A stretch of DNA of 63,214 nucleotides, filler included, from Hyphochytrium catenoides (Eukaryota > Protista > Hyphochytriomycota): the NCBI GenBank assembly GCA_900088475.1. It is 6 parts of 6 records of this genome, joined end to end, with 100 filler letters (N's around TTAATTAATTAA, not from the genome) between each part and the next. Parts side by side here need not be neighbours in the genome. Positions count along the whole stretch, not along the records: positions 1 to 30,015 come from FLMG01002929.1; positions 30,116 to 47,015 come from FLMG01003647.1; 4 more parts are not named here. One strand, 5' to 3'. Shown here one piece after another: positions 27,733-39,718 of this stretch; positions within the stretch are counted from its first letter, which is position 1, and the number at the start of each line of letters is the position of its first letter. A model generated the notes under the pieces. That model made no database searches. It was given only the letters and a program-made list of their open reading frames with translations, and was not told the origin of the DNA. The position numbers and the translations under genes were made by a program.

Positions 27733-28249
27733 CTATGTCCTTTTCCTCCACTCATCCCACTTTCCACTAGCAATGGTTTTTTTTGTCCTAGAGCCGAAGT
27801 AGTGGCGTGTCTCGCTATAGTCTTCACATGAACCCTCATCAGCGTCACGGTTACGTCTTTCCTTCTCTTCTGGGTCGTCTTCAACTTCGCAGAGCAAGAG
27901 GCAACGGTTGTTGTAAGTCTTCCCCATGTAGCAGACAGGCTCATAGTCCGCACTGCAATTGCAAGGGCATGATCCCTCAGAAGAAATCTTGGTCTCATCC
28001 AGTTCTTCTTTCTTCAAGGAGCATTGGAAGCAAATCCTGTTGGAGTACGTCTTTCCCTTGTAGCACACAGCCAAATCAACGGACAGGCACCGGCAGTCAG
28101 CCAGTGAGTTTACTCCGGTCGACGCAGTTAGCCCTATTGGATTCCTTGAGCCTGCGCGTAGTAGGGCTTCACCTGCCATTGTCGTTGTGGTGCATCCACT
28201 CAAAACAAGCAGTAGGAAGGAGTTTGATGATTGGGGTCTGGAGCTTCAT
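27733..28249 (-). CDS. Two-domain Kazal-type serine protease inhibitor, with a 1-nt frameshift in the signal peptide
   Basis: CRCLSVDLAVCYKGKTYSNRICFQC and CNCSADYEPVCYMGKTYNNRCLLLC carry the Kazal PVC..GKTY.N.C motif. Confidence 0.8.
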
Positions 28250-29374
28250 TGTTATTATTTAGATATCAGCTGCCTGGTGGGTGTGGCGGCGGGGGGCTTG
28301 GTGACGATGCAAGTAGACTGGAAATTGAAAAGTGAACGCTCTAAGGACCATGGATTGCCGAAAGAGAAAAAGTGCTGGCTGTGCCCCTTCATCTCTCTTC
28401 CTCTAACATGCCATCCCTCTAAGTTACAGACCTACAACGAGCAAGATAAAGAGGTCGTGCCAATCCAGTTCCAGTCTTGTCTAATAAGTGAGAGAGGAAC
28501 GAGGGGCAAACTCAGAACGCCAGAAGAATGCGCCATAGTGCCTCAGTAGTACGGCAAGTTCTCTGTCTCATACCTCTGTCCTTTTCCTGCTTGCCTTCGT
28601 GACTACCAGTCGCTTGGCAAAGAACCAATCAAAGGTGGAGTTGGGAATGTACGACTAACCTTCTTCTGCTGGACCTCTTCCGAGAGGAAGAGACAAGTCA
28701 TCAGACCTTCTTCTGCTGCCATCGCTCGTAGCTTTGATCACGCACGGCCGGTGGAACTTATTTAGGGTGTTGTGTTGCCCTTCCTTTCTCACCCTCCCTT
28801 CTCGGTTGGACGTTGACACAGGAAGTACAGCCCGCGAAGAAATGATCTTCTTTCATGACGGCATGCTTCACGAACCAAGGACCTGGCAGATTCCATGAGG
28901 GTCAGGTGACAGGGTTCTTGCGAAGGAGATGAGAGAAAGGAGAAGGAAGAAGCCTGAGAGAGGGGAATAGCGTGCTCTGTGAGTGAGAAAGAAGAGGAAG
29001 CAGCATTGAAGGGGGAGGGGAAGAGGAGGGTCCACAGGAGGGCGGAGGAGGAGAAGAAGAGGCAGTAGGGAAGAGTGGCAGCCGAGAAAGAGGAGAGGAA
29101 GAGGTGGTGGGTGGCAGGCGGCTGGAAGATGCTGCACCCGCCATCACCCGGGCAATGGGTGAAGTATTCGCGGTCAGGATGCGCCCGATCAACTGTCATG
29201 TGGCCACAACCCCGGGCGCAGAGTTGATGGTTCCGTTGGGAGGAACAACAGGATTCAGACATAGGACCATCTGGTAGGTGCTGGAAAAGGTTGGACTGGC
29301 TGAGGCTTGGCGCCAATGTGGGGTAGGGGACAGAGCAAATGTTGGGAGAGAGCGCCGCGCGAAGAAGACCCCTG

Positions 29375-29687
29375 CTTTGACTTGGCCAGCTGCAGTAGTT
29401 GGAGCTCCAGAAGAAATGTCGGCCAAAAGCGCTGCACAACCTGGTCAATGACACTTTCTTCCATCAATAGACTCGTGCATCAACCTTCTTTTTGCTGGTG
29501 CGGAACACCGCACTGGGCCTTGATACAGAAATGAGGATACCATCTCACCATCCGCAGCTGTGCGACGAGAGCTGCTACTCTAGATGCAGCAGCAGAAGAG
29601 GAAAACCTCATTTGGGCACTTCTCCTCCTGTTTCCAATCCCAAATGCCCACCCAGTTCACCTCTACACCCACGACTGCCGCTGCCAT
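29375..29687 (-). repeat. Dispersed decayed repeat, copy A (homologous to 43783-44030)
   Basis: By-eye alignment over ~250-300 bp, including ATGGCAGCGG.., TGGAAACA, TAGAGTAGCAGCT and codons for ELQLLQL. Confidence 0.7.
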
Positions 29688-30015
29688 GACGGACGCTTCT
29701 TCTTACGAGCTCTGTCTACATAGATAGATACGTTTACTGCATCATTTAGAGATAGTTCAAGGAGGTCTTGCATAGAGTTTGCTACCAAGATAATGTGATC
29801 GTCTTGACAGAAAAGGGGTGCACACCTCTCGCATTTTTGTCTGACGCTGAATGGCGGTTTATGCAGTGTGTGTGGCTGCAGTCATTGGTAGCCTACCTAG
29901 CATAGAGGACATGAGGCAAAACGTTGGGTGATGGCACAAGCGGTTTAACGCTGACTGACGAACAGCACCCGGGGAACTACTCAAAGGGACTGCTACCTCT
30001 TCTTGTCCTTGAATG

Positions 30016-30115
30016 NNNNNNNNNNNNNNNNNNNNNNNNNNNNNNNNNNNNNNNNNNNNTTAATTAATTAANNNNNNNNNNNNNNNNNNNNNNNNNNNNN
30101 NNNNNNNNNNNNNNN
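30016..30115. other. Artificial scaffold spacer (N-TTAATTAATTAA-N, 100 bp); also at 47016-47115, 48733-48832, 50118-50217 and 56321-56420
   Basis: Five identical 100-bp N blocks with a central six-frame stop linker. Confidence 0.98.
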
Positions 30116-30326
30116 GGGAGAGAGACGCCTTTCAAAGTCACCGAGAGGCAGAGGAGGCACAGGCCAGGGGCCGCGGTGGACTGCAGGATCAGAAAGAAAC
30201 AAAACGGAGAGGGAGCAGGAGGAACGAGGCGAGAGAGAGAGACAGGCTAATGGATCATCGGCACAACAGCCTTCTTAAGAAAGGTACGGCGCTGTCTCTC
30301 ACCTGTCCTCGAGCAACTCTCTCTCT

Positions 30327-30375
<49 letters not shown>

Positions 30376-33300
30376 CTCTGCCGCTTTCATTCATCCTCTC
30401 AACTTTCCTTCTTCTCTCCTTGTCATTTTCTCTTTCTCGCTTTAACTTATTCCAGAGCTCTCTCCCCTACAAGTTCAGCCACAACGCATCCTCGCTCTCC
30501 GTTTTTTGTTTTTATCTCATCTCGTCTCTCTTTCTCGCTCTTTCTCTCTCTCTCTTTCTCTCTTTCTCTCTCTCTCCGTCAATCTCTCTGTCGCTCTTCC
30601 TCCTCTCTCTTTTTTCTCCTTGTTATCTTTCTCTTTTTAATCTCTCTTTCTGTCTCTCTCTTTCTACACCTCTCTCTCTCTCCTGCTTTAGGCTTTGGCT
30701 TCGCGGAGGCGGCGTCCGGGCGACGGAGTCGGGCTCAGAGTCTGGTGGCGGTGCGGAAAGACCGGAAGACGAAAGAGATTTCTGCGCGGCGGGCGCGGCT
30801 CATCTCCTCGCTCAAGAAGAATCTGACGGCAGACGCAGAGCGGAGCCCCACCGTGCGGCCCCTCCAGCAAGCCGCAGCAGTGATCCAGAGCGCTGACGTG
30901 GGAACTTTAAGCTCTCTCCCTCTCTTTCTCTCCTCATTTCTCTCACTCTCTCTCTCTGTCTTTCTCTCTTCCTTTTGTCTTTTGATCCTTTCTCTTCTTC
31001 GTTATCGTTATCCTCCCCAACTGCCCTTGCCGTCTGGCTGTCTCTTTCTCTCTCTCCGTACTCTCCCTCTGTTTTTCTCCTGTGTGTCTACCAGCGCACG
31101 CACTCATGGAACTAACCTGTCTCTCTCTTTTTCTCTCTCTTTTTCTTCCTCTCGCTCTCCCGTTCTCTCTCTCTTTCTATCAATAATTTTCTCTCTTTCT
31201 GCCTCACTCATCGCTCTGTCTGATGCTGACCGTTCCTCAGGCGTCTGAGGAAGCGTTAATAGAGGCTCTAGCACGCCTGTGCGCCTTCATCTCCGAGGGC
31301 TCTCTCCCATTGTACGATAATGCCGAGCCCGAGCACGCCGTGCTATGGAACATTTTTACTCAGGTAGGGGGAAGAGAAGGAAAGAGAGAGAGAGAGAGAG
31401 TGTGTGTGAGAGAGAGAGAGAGAGGAGAGAGAGAGCCTATGGAAGGAAAGCACCAGAAATTCCTGTAGACAGACGAGCACGACTCTCTCTAACGCGTTCA
31501 CTTCTCTATCAACCTGTTCTCTTTTGCAACTCTTCTCTCCTCCTTTGTTCCTCTTTCTTCGCATCTCCTCTTCTTACGAAACCTGTTTTCTCCTCCCTTC
31601 TCTCTCTTTCTCCCTAGATAACCCCGCGGTGCACGGCGCTCTTGGACTCCCCGGGCCTGCGGCTGCGTCAGTTGACGGGCTACCTTCTGAGATTCGTGGC
31701 CTCATGCGACCACGCAGACATCGTGGCGCAAGCGGGATGCTTGCCTAAGGCGTTGCGTCTCCTCCAGGTATCTTTCTCTCTCTCTCTCCTTATCTTCTCT
31801 CTCTCTCTCCCTCTGTGTGTGGGGTGTCTCTCCCTATCCATCATAACCCAAACTGTCCTCCGTCAGAATAGTACACCAATGTCCTCTAGTCGGCCGCCAC
31901 CAAGTCTCTCTTCCTGCATGAGAGCAGTGTCAATCTCTCTTCTCTCTCCCACTCTACTCTCTTCTCTTTTCTAGGTTTCGCTAAACGGCCTTCTGCTCAC
32001 CGCCGCGTGTTCCCCTCTGTCTCCCTTTCTCTCTCCTGCAGGCCGAAGATAAGGAGCTCCTCTGTCACGGCATCTGGATCCTTGGCAATGTTGCGAGTCA
32101 GAGTCCAGAGCTCCGCGCTGAAGTTGGCCGCCAGCTAGACCTTCGCCTTCTCCTGCCCTTCCTCAGACACAATGTACTGCTCCCAAGCTCATCTCTTCCC
32201 CTCTCAAAGCCCACGCTTTCTCCAGAGAAGACCCTATATGACTTCCCCTTTCATTCTCTACCCATCTATCTATCTCTCCTCTCTACGTCTCTCTCTCTCT
32301 GTTCTTTTTGTGTCTCTGTCTCCCTGTAATTTCTTGGTCTTCTCTTTCCACAGCTTCTCTATCATTTCTTGGCCTCATAGCCACCTTTTTTCGTTTTAAC
32401 CTTCTTTCAGAGAAGAGTCCTGTTTCTCTCTACTTTCAGCCCGCTCATCGATTGCCTATATGAAGCCGTCTCTTGCCTGGCGTTCTCTGTCCTTTCCTGT
32501 CGCTCGCTCTCTCCCGCGCGCGCGCGCTCTTTCTCTCGCTCTCTTCTTCGCTCTCTCCCTTTCATTCTCTCCCCTGTCTCGCTCTCTCTCTCTCTCTCTG
32601 GGGTTTATGCCCCTCGCTGCTTCTTCCTGTGCTTGGCGGCGAATCTGACCCGCTTCTATTCTGAATAGGATACTGGCATCCAGCGAGCCGCAGCCTGGGC
32701 CTTGCGAAATATTCTGGATAACTCGGACTCGCCCGCCACCGTGATTTCGCTGAGCCCTGACATCTTGAGAGAGACGATGGCGGCGCTGCTGGCCGCGCTC
32801 GAAAGCAACCAACAGGTGAGAGACACAGACTTGGCCATGGGCCATTGGAGTCTCTGTTGCCGTAGGGGAGGAAGTCACAAAGAGACATCATTTCAGTAGA
32901 AAGATGGGTCAAGATGCACGGGGCCTAGAAAAGTATTTTGCGGGCTCGCAGGCTGAGACAGTGAAAGCGCATGAAAGAGAAGAAGCGGGCTTGTTATAGG
33001 ACAGGAACCCTGCTGGCAATAGGGAATCCGAAGCTTCAAGCAGTATCTCTGCCTGACATCGTTTCCTCTTCTCTCTCTCTCTCATCTAACATTCTATCTA
33101 TCTCTGAAGTCGGGAGGCCAGCAAGGGGAGACTACCATCGCATCTTGGAGAATCTTCCAGGTTCCAACAGGCAATCCGCCGCCAAATAACGTGGCTCTGG
33201 CGCGATTCTTGCGCCAGGTGGACAGTGAACGGGCGGAGATGGAAGACTTGGACATCAACTTTGGCACCGGGCAGAGAGACAAGTTTCTTTGTAGCCTCGG

Positions 33301-35703
33301 AGACCTCATGCCTTTGGAAGAGATCGATGAGGACGCAGAGGAGGATGAAGTCGAGGTGACACCCGAGAATCTCTCTCCATCTCTATGCGTCCCTCATCTA
33401 TTTATTTCATAGAGTTAGGTCTCTCGGGTTCCTCTCAGCTCTCCGTTCTCATGCTTCCACTGCCTGACAGTCCTAGTCCTTTTCTCTTTTTGCCGTTTCT
33501 GGATCTCTGGAGCCTCGCCAGGACCTAAGAGCGATGCATTTGGCTGTTCTGTCTCTTTTTTCCCTCTCTAGCCATTGACAGAGGACACGCTGACTGCCGT
33601 CGACTCTCTCTGGGCTCTTTGCCACCTGATTATGGAGGATGCGGAGAGAGAGACGGAGGGAGAGCGAGTGCTCACCAGGGATGAGGAGGCACTGGTGGTG
33701 GTGCTGAACACACTGCAGAATCTCGTCCTGACCTCATCCGTCTCTGAAGTCCTCTGTCCGGCCATTAGAGCTTTAGGATCTTTAGTATGCTGCTCAGGCC
33801 AAACGGCAAAGGTAGGAGGACATGGTGGCTATGAAATGGAGACTCTGACGCCCATAGGAGGAGAGAGAAGAGGGGAAGAGAGAGAGCCAGACAGACAGAC
33901 AGAGACAGACAGACAGACAGAAACAGAGACGGAGAGAAGGCAAGTCTCAAGAGGACCGGCCAGGGGAGAGGTACAGTGAAGAGCAGGGAGTGCTCTGAGG
34001 GATCTGTGACGGGTAGTCACTAAGGGGGAGAGCAAATAGGAAACGGCGAAGAAAGGCTACCTATGAGCTGATCTCTCCACTTTTCCTCCCTCTTGCCACG
34101 GGCTCCTGCAGCTCGCGGTGCGCAGCGGCTCCCTGCAGGCGATGGCTCACGCCTTGCAGCATCCCGATCGTGGCGTGCGAGAGGAGACGTGCTATCTACT
34201 GGCGAATGTTGCCGCTCTCGACGTGCTTCCAATCGAAGTCTTTCTCTCTACAGGGCAACTGGTGCAGCGAGTGGTGGAGCAGCTGGCGTGGGCAAGCTGG
34301 GATGTGAAGAAAGAGGCAGGTAAAGGTGGACCAGACAAGAAACTGTAGGGAAGACTGTTTGCCTCTCCTAACTATCGTCACGCTATTGTTAAGACAAACA
34401 AGACCACGATAGCATCTCTTTTCCCTCTCTCTTTCTCTCTTTCTCTCTCTTCTCTCTCTCTCTCTCTTTTGGATACCATTCTCTCGATTGGCTGTTCACT
34501 ACGATGACGCACTTCTAACGGTTCTATGGCGCCGCTCGGTTGCCCTTCTATTACCGCTGTCTCCTCTCGTTTGGGGTCTGTAGCATGGGCCTTCTGCAAC
34601 ATGATGGTCAGAGCCTCAGCCCAGGAAGTGACGCAGCTCTTAGAGATGGGCGTACTAGAGCATCTGGCAGCGCTGCTCGGCTCAGCAGATCCGCAGGTAG
34701 AACTCTACGAACTTATTCTCTCGCTACCGATCTCCGCGGCGGTGGATGCTTCGCTTCTCTGTTGCTTGGCACTCGCTGTCTTCTGTCCCCTTTCTTTCTT
34801 CTCTGTCTGCTTCTTTCCTTAGACGGCAGACTGAGCGCTGCCTCGTTATCTCCATAATCTTATTCAATACCCATCGGTGTGCTCTCTCTCTCTCTCTCTC
34901 TCTCTCTTCCAGCTGCTGGCTAACTCTGCGATTTCCGTCAACTTAGCGTCCCTATCTTGCGCTTTTCACCTCTCCCCAACCGTCATCTCTCCGTTTCTCT
35001 ATCCTCCATTGTCGACTTCTCTTACGCTGCGCTTCTCCCTCCGCCAGGTCCAGTTCCTCGTGCTGCAGGCTGTTCGCAAGATTCTGGAGACCGACGCTCG
35101 ATGGACCAGCGCAATGGAGGAGGCGGAGCTGAAGGATAACGTCGGAGCGCTGCAGTATGACAGGAACCAGGATGTTAGGTAAAGGCCCAGAGCGAAAGAG
35201 AGACAGAGAGAAAGACAGAGAGAGAGAAAAAGAGAGAGAGAAAAAGAGGCAGAGACAGGGAGATACCGCCCGCAGATGTGCTACTTAGTGCCTTTAGGAG
35301 ACATGACATGAGCGAAAAAGAGAGAGAGAGAAGGGAGAGAGAGAGACAGAGAGAGAGAGAAAGAGGCAGAGACAGGGAGATACCGCCCAAAACGACGTGA
35401 TACTTAGTGCCTTTAGGAGACATGATTTGACACCTCTCATTTTTCCTTTCCTTCCCTCTCAACTGCTTGGACTTCTGTCTTCCTATTCCCTCTTTCTTCG
35501 CCTTCAACCTTCTCTCCCCTGCCGTCAAACACAGTGCGCTAGCTAGCGAGATCTATGACTCGTTCTTTGAGGAAGAGGATGAAGAGATAGAAGATGCGGC
35601 GGTCGCGCCTTCTGAGAGCGCCACCGCCGGGACCTTCACGTTTGGTCTGAGCTCCCAGCCCGCGGGCCAGCAGACCTTCAACTTTGGCAATCCTCTCACA
35701 TAA
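30116..35703 (+). CDS. Divergent importin-alpha (karyopherin alpha), 5' end at scaffold edge, microsatellite-rich introns
   Basis: ARM-repeat exons GIWILGNVA, AAWALRNIL, SLWALCHL, PAIRALGSLV, VREETCYLLANVAA, WDVKKEA|AWAFCN, then LQYDRNQDV|...EIYDSFFEEED...FTFG...FNFG, the typical importin-alpha C-terminus. Confidence 0.85.
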
Positions 35704-35722
35704 TGTGGCCCCTAACTAACTC

Positions 35723-35743
35723 TCTCTCTCTCTCTTTGGCGCT

Positions 35744-35786
<43 letters not shown>

Positions 35787-36012
35787 GCGCTCTCTCTCTC
35801 TCTCTCGCTCGCTCTCTCGCTCTCTCTCTCCCATCTTTCTCACTGTCTCTCGCCTGGTCACTCGATGGGGTTCACTGGTGCACCTTGGGGACACTATTTC
35901 TGACTTTGAATTATTATTATCTATTTTAGAGACAAATATCATAAGCACCTTATAACTAGTGGAAATAGCACCAGTTCCGTCTTCTCCCTGTTCAACTTCT
36001 CTCCTTGCTCTC

Positions 36013-36063
<51 letters not shown>

Positions 36064-37052
36064 GGCCATTCTGTATCACAGTGAGAAAGCCTGGCCCCTT
36101 CCTCTCCTTCCCTGCTACCTTGCTCACCCCACTCGTGAGGAGGGTGGTCTCTCTCTCCCCATTCCCTCTCTTACTTCTCTTCCTCTCTACCATCCTTTCC
36201 CCTCCGTTACCTTCTCTCTGTCTTCTGTCCCTCCCACCTCTCCTATTCCCTCTCTGAGTTCCCACCATGTCGAGCGAGCAGGTGTGGTGGTGCGCTTGCC
36301 CTCTCCCTTGTCACTCATTCATCAGGCTCATGGCGCGCAGGTTGTGGCCGCGGCGGCTCATGCTCTGATGATTGATGAACATGTCTATTCATAAAGAGGA
36401 GGCACAGGGTCCAGACGGGGAGAGACGGCGAGCGGCCCTCGCCTTGCCAACTTCTCGAGTCAGAGAGGAGCATGAGGACCATTATACTTCAAGGCCAGAA
36501 GAAGTGGAGACGTTGACAAATCCGCTGCTTCCTCTCTTTCCCCATCGCGCCAGCCCCGAGCCAGACCAACTTCCCTGCGCCTGGCGCCAAGAGCATTCAA
36601 TTCATGCTGGGAATAGACTTTCAGTCCTTTAACTTAGAGTCCCATAGAAAAGGAAGGAACAGACTGGTTAGGGCCGATCGTTGCCGCGGAGAGTAGAGAA
36701 GAAGAAAGCGGAGAGCAACCATGTCTTCTCTTCTCTCCTCTCTCACTTCCGATCCGGTCTGAGGCAGTGACGCAGACAGACGCGGCCGATGGAGCTCTGA
36801 GCTCCTTGTGCGTGAGTGAGAGTGACAGACAGGCAATGGCGCATGGAGAAGAGAGAGACAGAGGATGATGAGATACTATCGTAACTATGACTTTGGGAAA
36901 GACAGAGTGGCATGGAGATGAGCAGGAGGAGACGATGCAACCAATCTTAGTGCAACTTTTTCTTTCCGCTCTCCTTGAAGATCTCCGCAGCTCATTCTGA
37001 AAGGACAGCATCATCTCTCTGCCGCTCTCGTGTCCTCTTTCTCTCTCTCTCT

Positions 37053-37100
<48 letters not shown>

Positions 37101-37510
37101 TCAGCCTCTAGACTTTTGTCCTTTCTTTTCTTCTTTTGAACCCAGGATTTTGGTCCCTAGTTGCCCTACAAGCAGTACATGAGGCAGGAGTGGAGTGGAC
37201 AATAGACCAAACTCTTCAACTGTCCGCACAGAGAGAGACACACAGAGAGAAAGAGAGCGAGTAGAGAGAGAGACACACACACATAGAGAGAAGAGAGAGA
37301 GAGANNNNNNNNNNNNNNNNNNNNNNNNNNNNNNNNNNNNNNNNNNNNNNNNNNNNNNNNTGCTGGATCTTCGCGACCAAACCAGCGGCGGCGCATCAGC
37401 CTTTTTGGTCAGCACAAACAGACAGCGGCGAGGGAAGAAAAGGAGAGAGAGAGAGAGAGAGAGAAGAGGTTGAAGAAGAAGCGGAAGGACCAAAACGGAG
37501 AAAAGAGAGA

Positions 37511-37545
<35 letters not shown>

Positions 37546-37914
37546 CAGTAGCTGAACAGCGCTAACAGCGACAACGCACGGAAGTCTTGCCTTTTATTCG
37601 TTCGATGACGGTCACTGGGAGCATAGAGGCCAGGCCTGTACAAGAGACATCACCTTCATCGACCCTAATACACAGGCTCCCGTTGAAGCACAACGGACTC
37701 CAAGGGCAGGTCAACCCTTATAGTCAGGTGATATGACCAGTCCTGTCCACGATCTTCCTACACTTTGGGCGGCAGTAGTAATATTGTATAGTGGCCTATT
37801 TACCCATTTATTTCAGTAGTAATAGTTAGACCTTAGCAGAGGTGCATCAGGAAAGATCTTCAAGAGAGAGAAGGAGAGAGGGAGAGAGAGAGAGAGGGAG
37901 AGAGGGAGAGGAAA

Positions 37915-37958
<44 letters not shown>

Positions 37959-38079
37959 CTTCGTATCAAGGAAGAGAACATGTGGCATGAGAGGGATCAA
38001 GGGGGCCCCGACCAGCGCAGAGATGTCATGACCGCCCTGCTGATGACACACATACACACCAGCAGCAAGAGGGAGAAAC

Positions 38080-38110
<31 letters not shown>

Positions 38111-39060
38111 TCACCAAAACATTGGAATGCATCCTCCTGTTTTGCCTTTTCCATTTTCTGAAGCCTCCCCTCGGTTCTAGGCGCAGGGCCACACCAGCAG
38201 CAGCATAGCTTGTTCTTTTATAGAAGAGAAGATGGGCGAGGAAGGGCAAAGAAGGAAGAGAGAGGCGGGAAGTAAGAGTTGCCACGAGGAGGTGGACATG
38301 CACATTGTGTCTTTCTTCCTTTTCTTTCTCTTCCGTTACTTTCGCTCGTGTCTCTCCTCTCTCTTCCCTCCTCCTCAGTCCTACATCACCATTATGCACA
38401 GCCGCCACAAGGAAGAAGGCTGTCTGTTCCTTTCCCTTCCTTTGGGGCTGCTGCTGCTGGTGTTGACGTCAGGACTTCTCCTTGTGGACCAAAGAGAGTA
38501 GGAACCTCAAGGTAGTTGAAGTGCCCCCGAGAGAGAGAGAGAGAGAGACGAAGAGGGAGACTTGAAGAAGTGAATCTTCTTTGTCTGTCAGCAGCAGGGA
38601 GAGCGCGTTCGCTTCATGTTCGGTGATGGAGAGAGATTAGCATCTTCCTTGATTGACAGGCGAGACCAGGATAGCGGTAGAGAGAGAATAAACGATGTTC
38701 TCTTTGTTTTCTCTTCTCAGCTCCTCCTGCCATTCTTCTTCGCCTCGCCCACCAAGGGACATGGGTGCTCTGACACGCAACGCAAGCTTGGGAGGAGGCA
38801 TCGAGAGGAAAGGGAAGAAGAGAATGACATGCGCTACAATCCTCTTCTTTTCTCTCTTCTTCTCTCTCTCTCTCTCTCCCTTACTCCTCCTTTCCCTAAC
38901 AGCTCCTTTCCCTAACAGCTTCCTTCCGCCATCCTTGTCCTCCCTTCCTCTCCCCTCTGATAGTCAATCACAAAGATCAACACGCGCAGGGAGGAGAGAA
39001 AGGAGGAGAAAAGGAAGAGGACGGAGGAGTGGCGGAGTAAGAGAAGCTGGGCAAACGCTC
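35723..39060. repeat. Dense (TC)n/(GA)n microsatellite and polypurine/polypyrimidine tracts (also in 26700-27720, 30300-35400 and 50600-55320)
   Basis: Directly visible in the sequence. Confidence 0.95.
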
Positions 39061-39718
39061 TTGCACTCTTCCTTTCTCTCCTTCCTCCTTTTGTGCCGTA
39101 AGATTGGACTTCAAGCGCAAAGGAGGGAAGACGGAGGAGAAAGGAGTGGAAGCACTTTGGGGCCGTCTCAGTGCTGCAGCTTCACCTCTCTCGGCCCCCT
39201 GTCATCACGTCGCCCCTGATGATGGACAAGAGAGAGCGGCCTCAGAAAGATGAGAAAGCGTTTCCCTTGGACAGACAGTCCTCTCTCCTCATCTCTGCCT
39301 GCAGAATCCCGCCGGGCAGTGACAGTACCATCTTCTCTCCCCCTCTCTCTTACCTTCATCCTGCCTCCTGTCTCCTCCCTTCGTCCCGGTCTCTGTCCGC
39401 TCGCCATCTTCACCCTCAGAACCGCTGACGCTGCCTCATCATCCATCGCTCTCTTCCCCGCCTCCAGGGCTAGGAAATGGCAAGCATCCGGACCTGCGAT
39501 GATGAGCATCAGCTCTCCCTGCCACTACCTCGCCTCCGCTTACTGAGGAGGAAGAAGCAAAGCGAGTACATCTACCTTCGCTCCTCGTCTCTCTCCCAAC
39601 CTGTCCCTCGGCTCTCACAACTCAACATCCTCCCTGGAGCTCAAGTCCGTCCCTTCCCAGGCCCCGGCACCATCACCTCCTCACACCTCAGGACCGGAAC
39701 AGCAACCCTTCTACCAGG

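Noticed and set aside
30060-30071. Palindromic TTAATTAATTAA recurring five times
   Set aside because: Always centred in exactly 100 bp of Ns; it is an assembly linker, not biology.
30250-31248. 332-aa ORF and many similar LS- or ER-rich ORFs
   Set aside because: These are translations of TC/GA microsatellites in introns.
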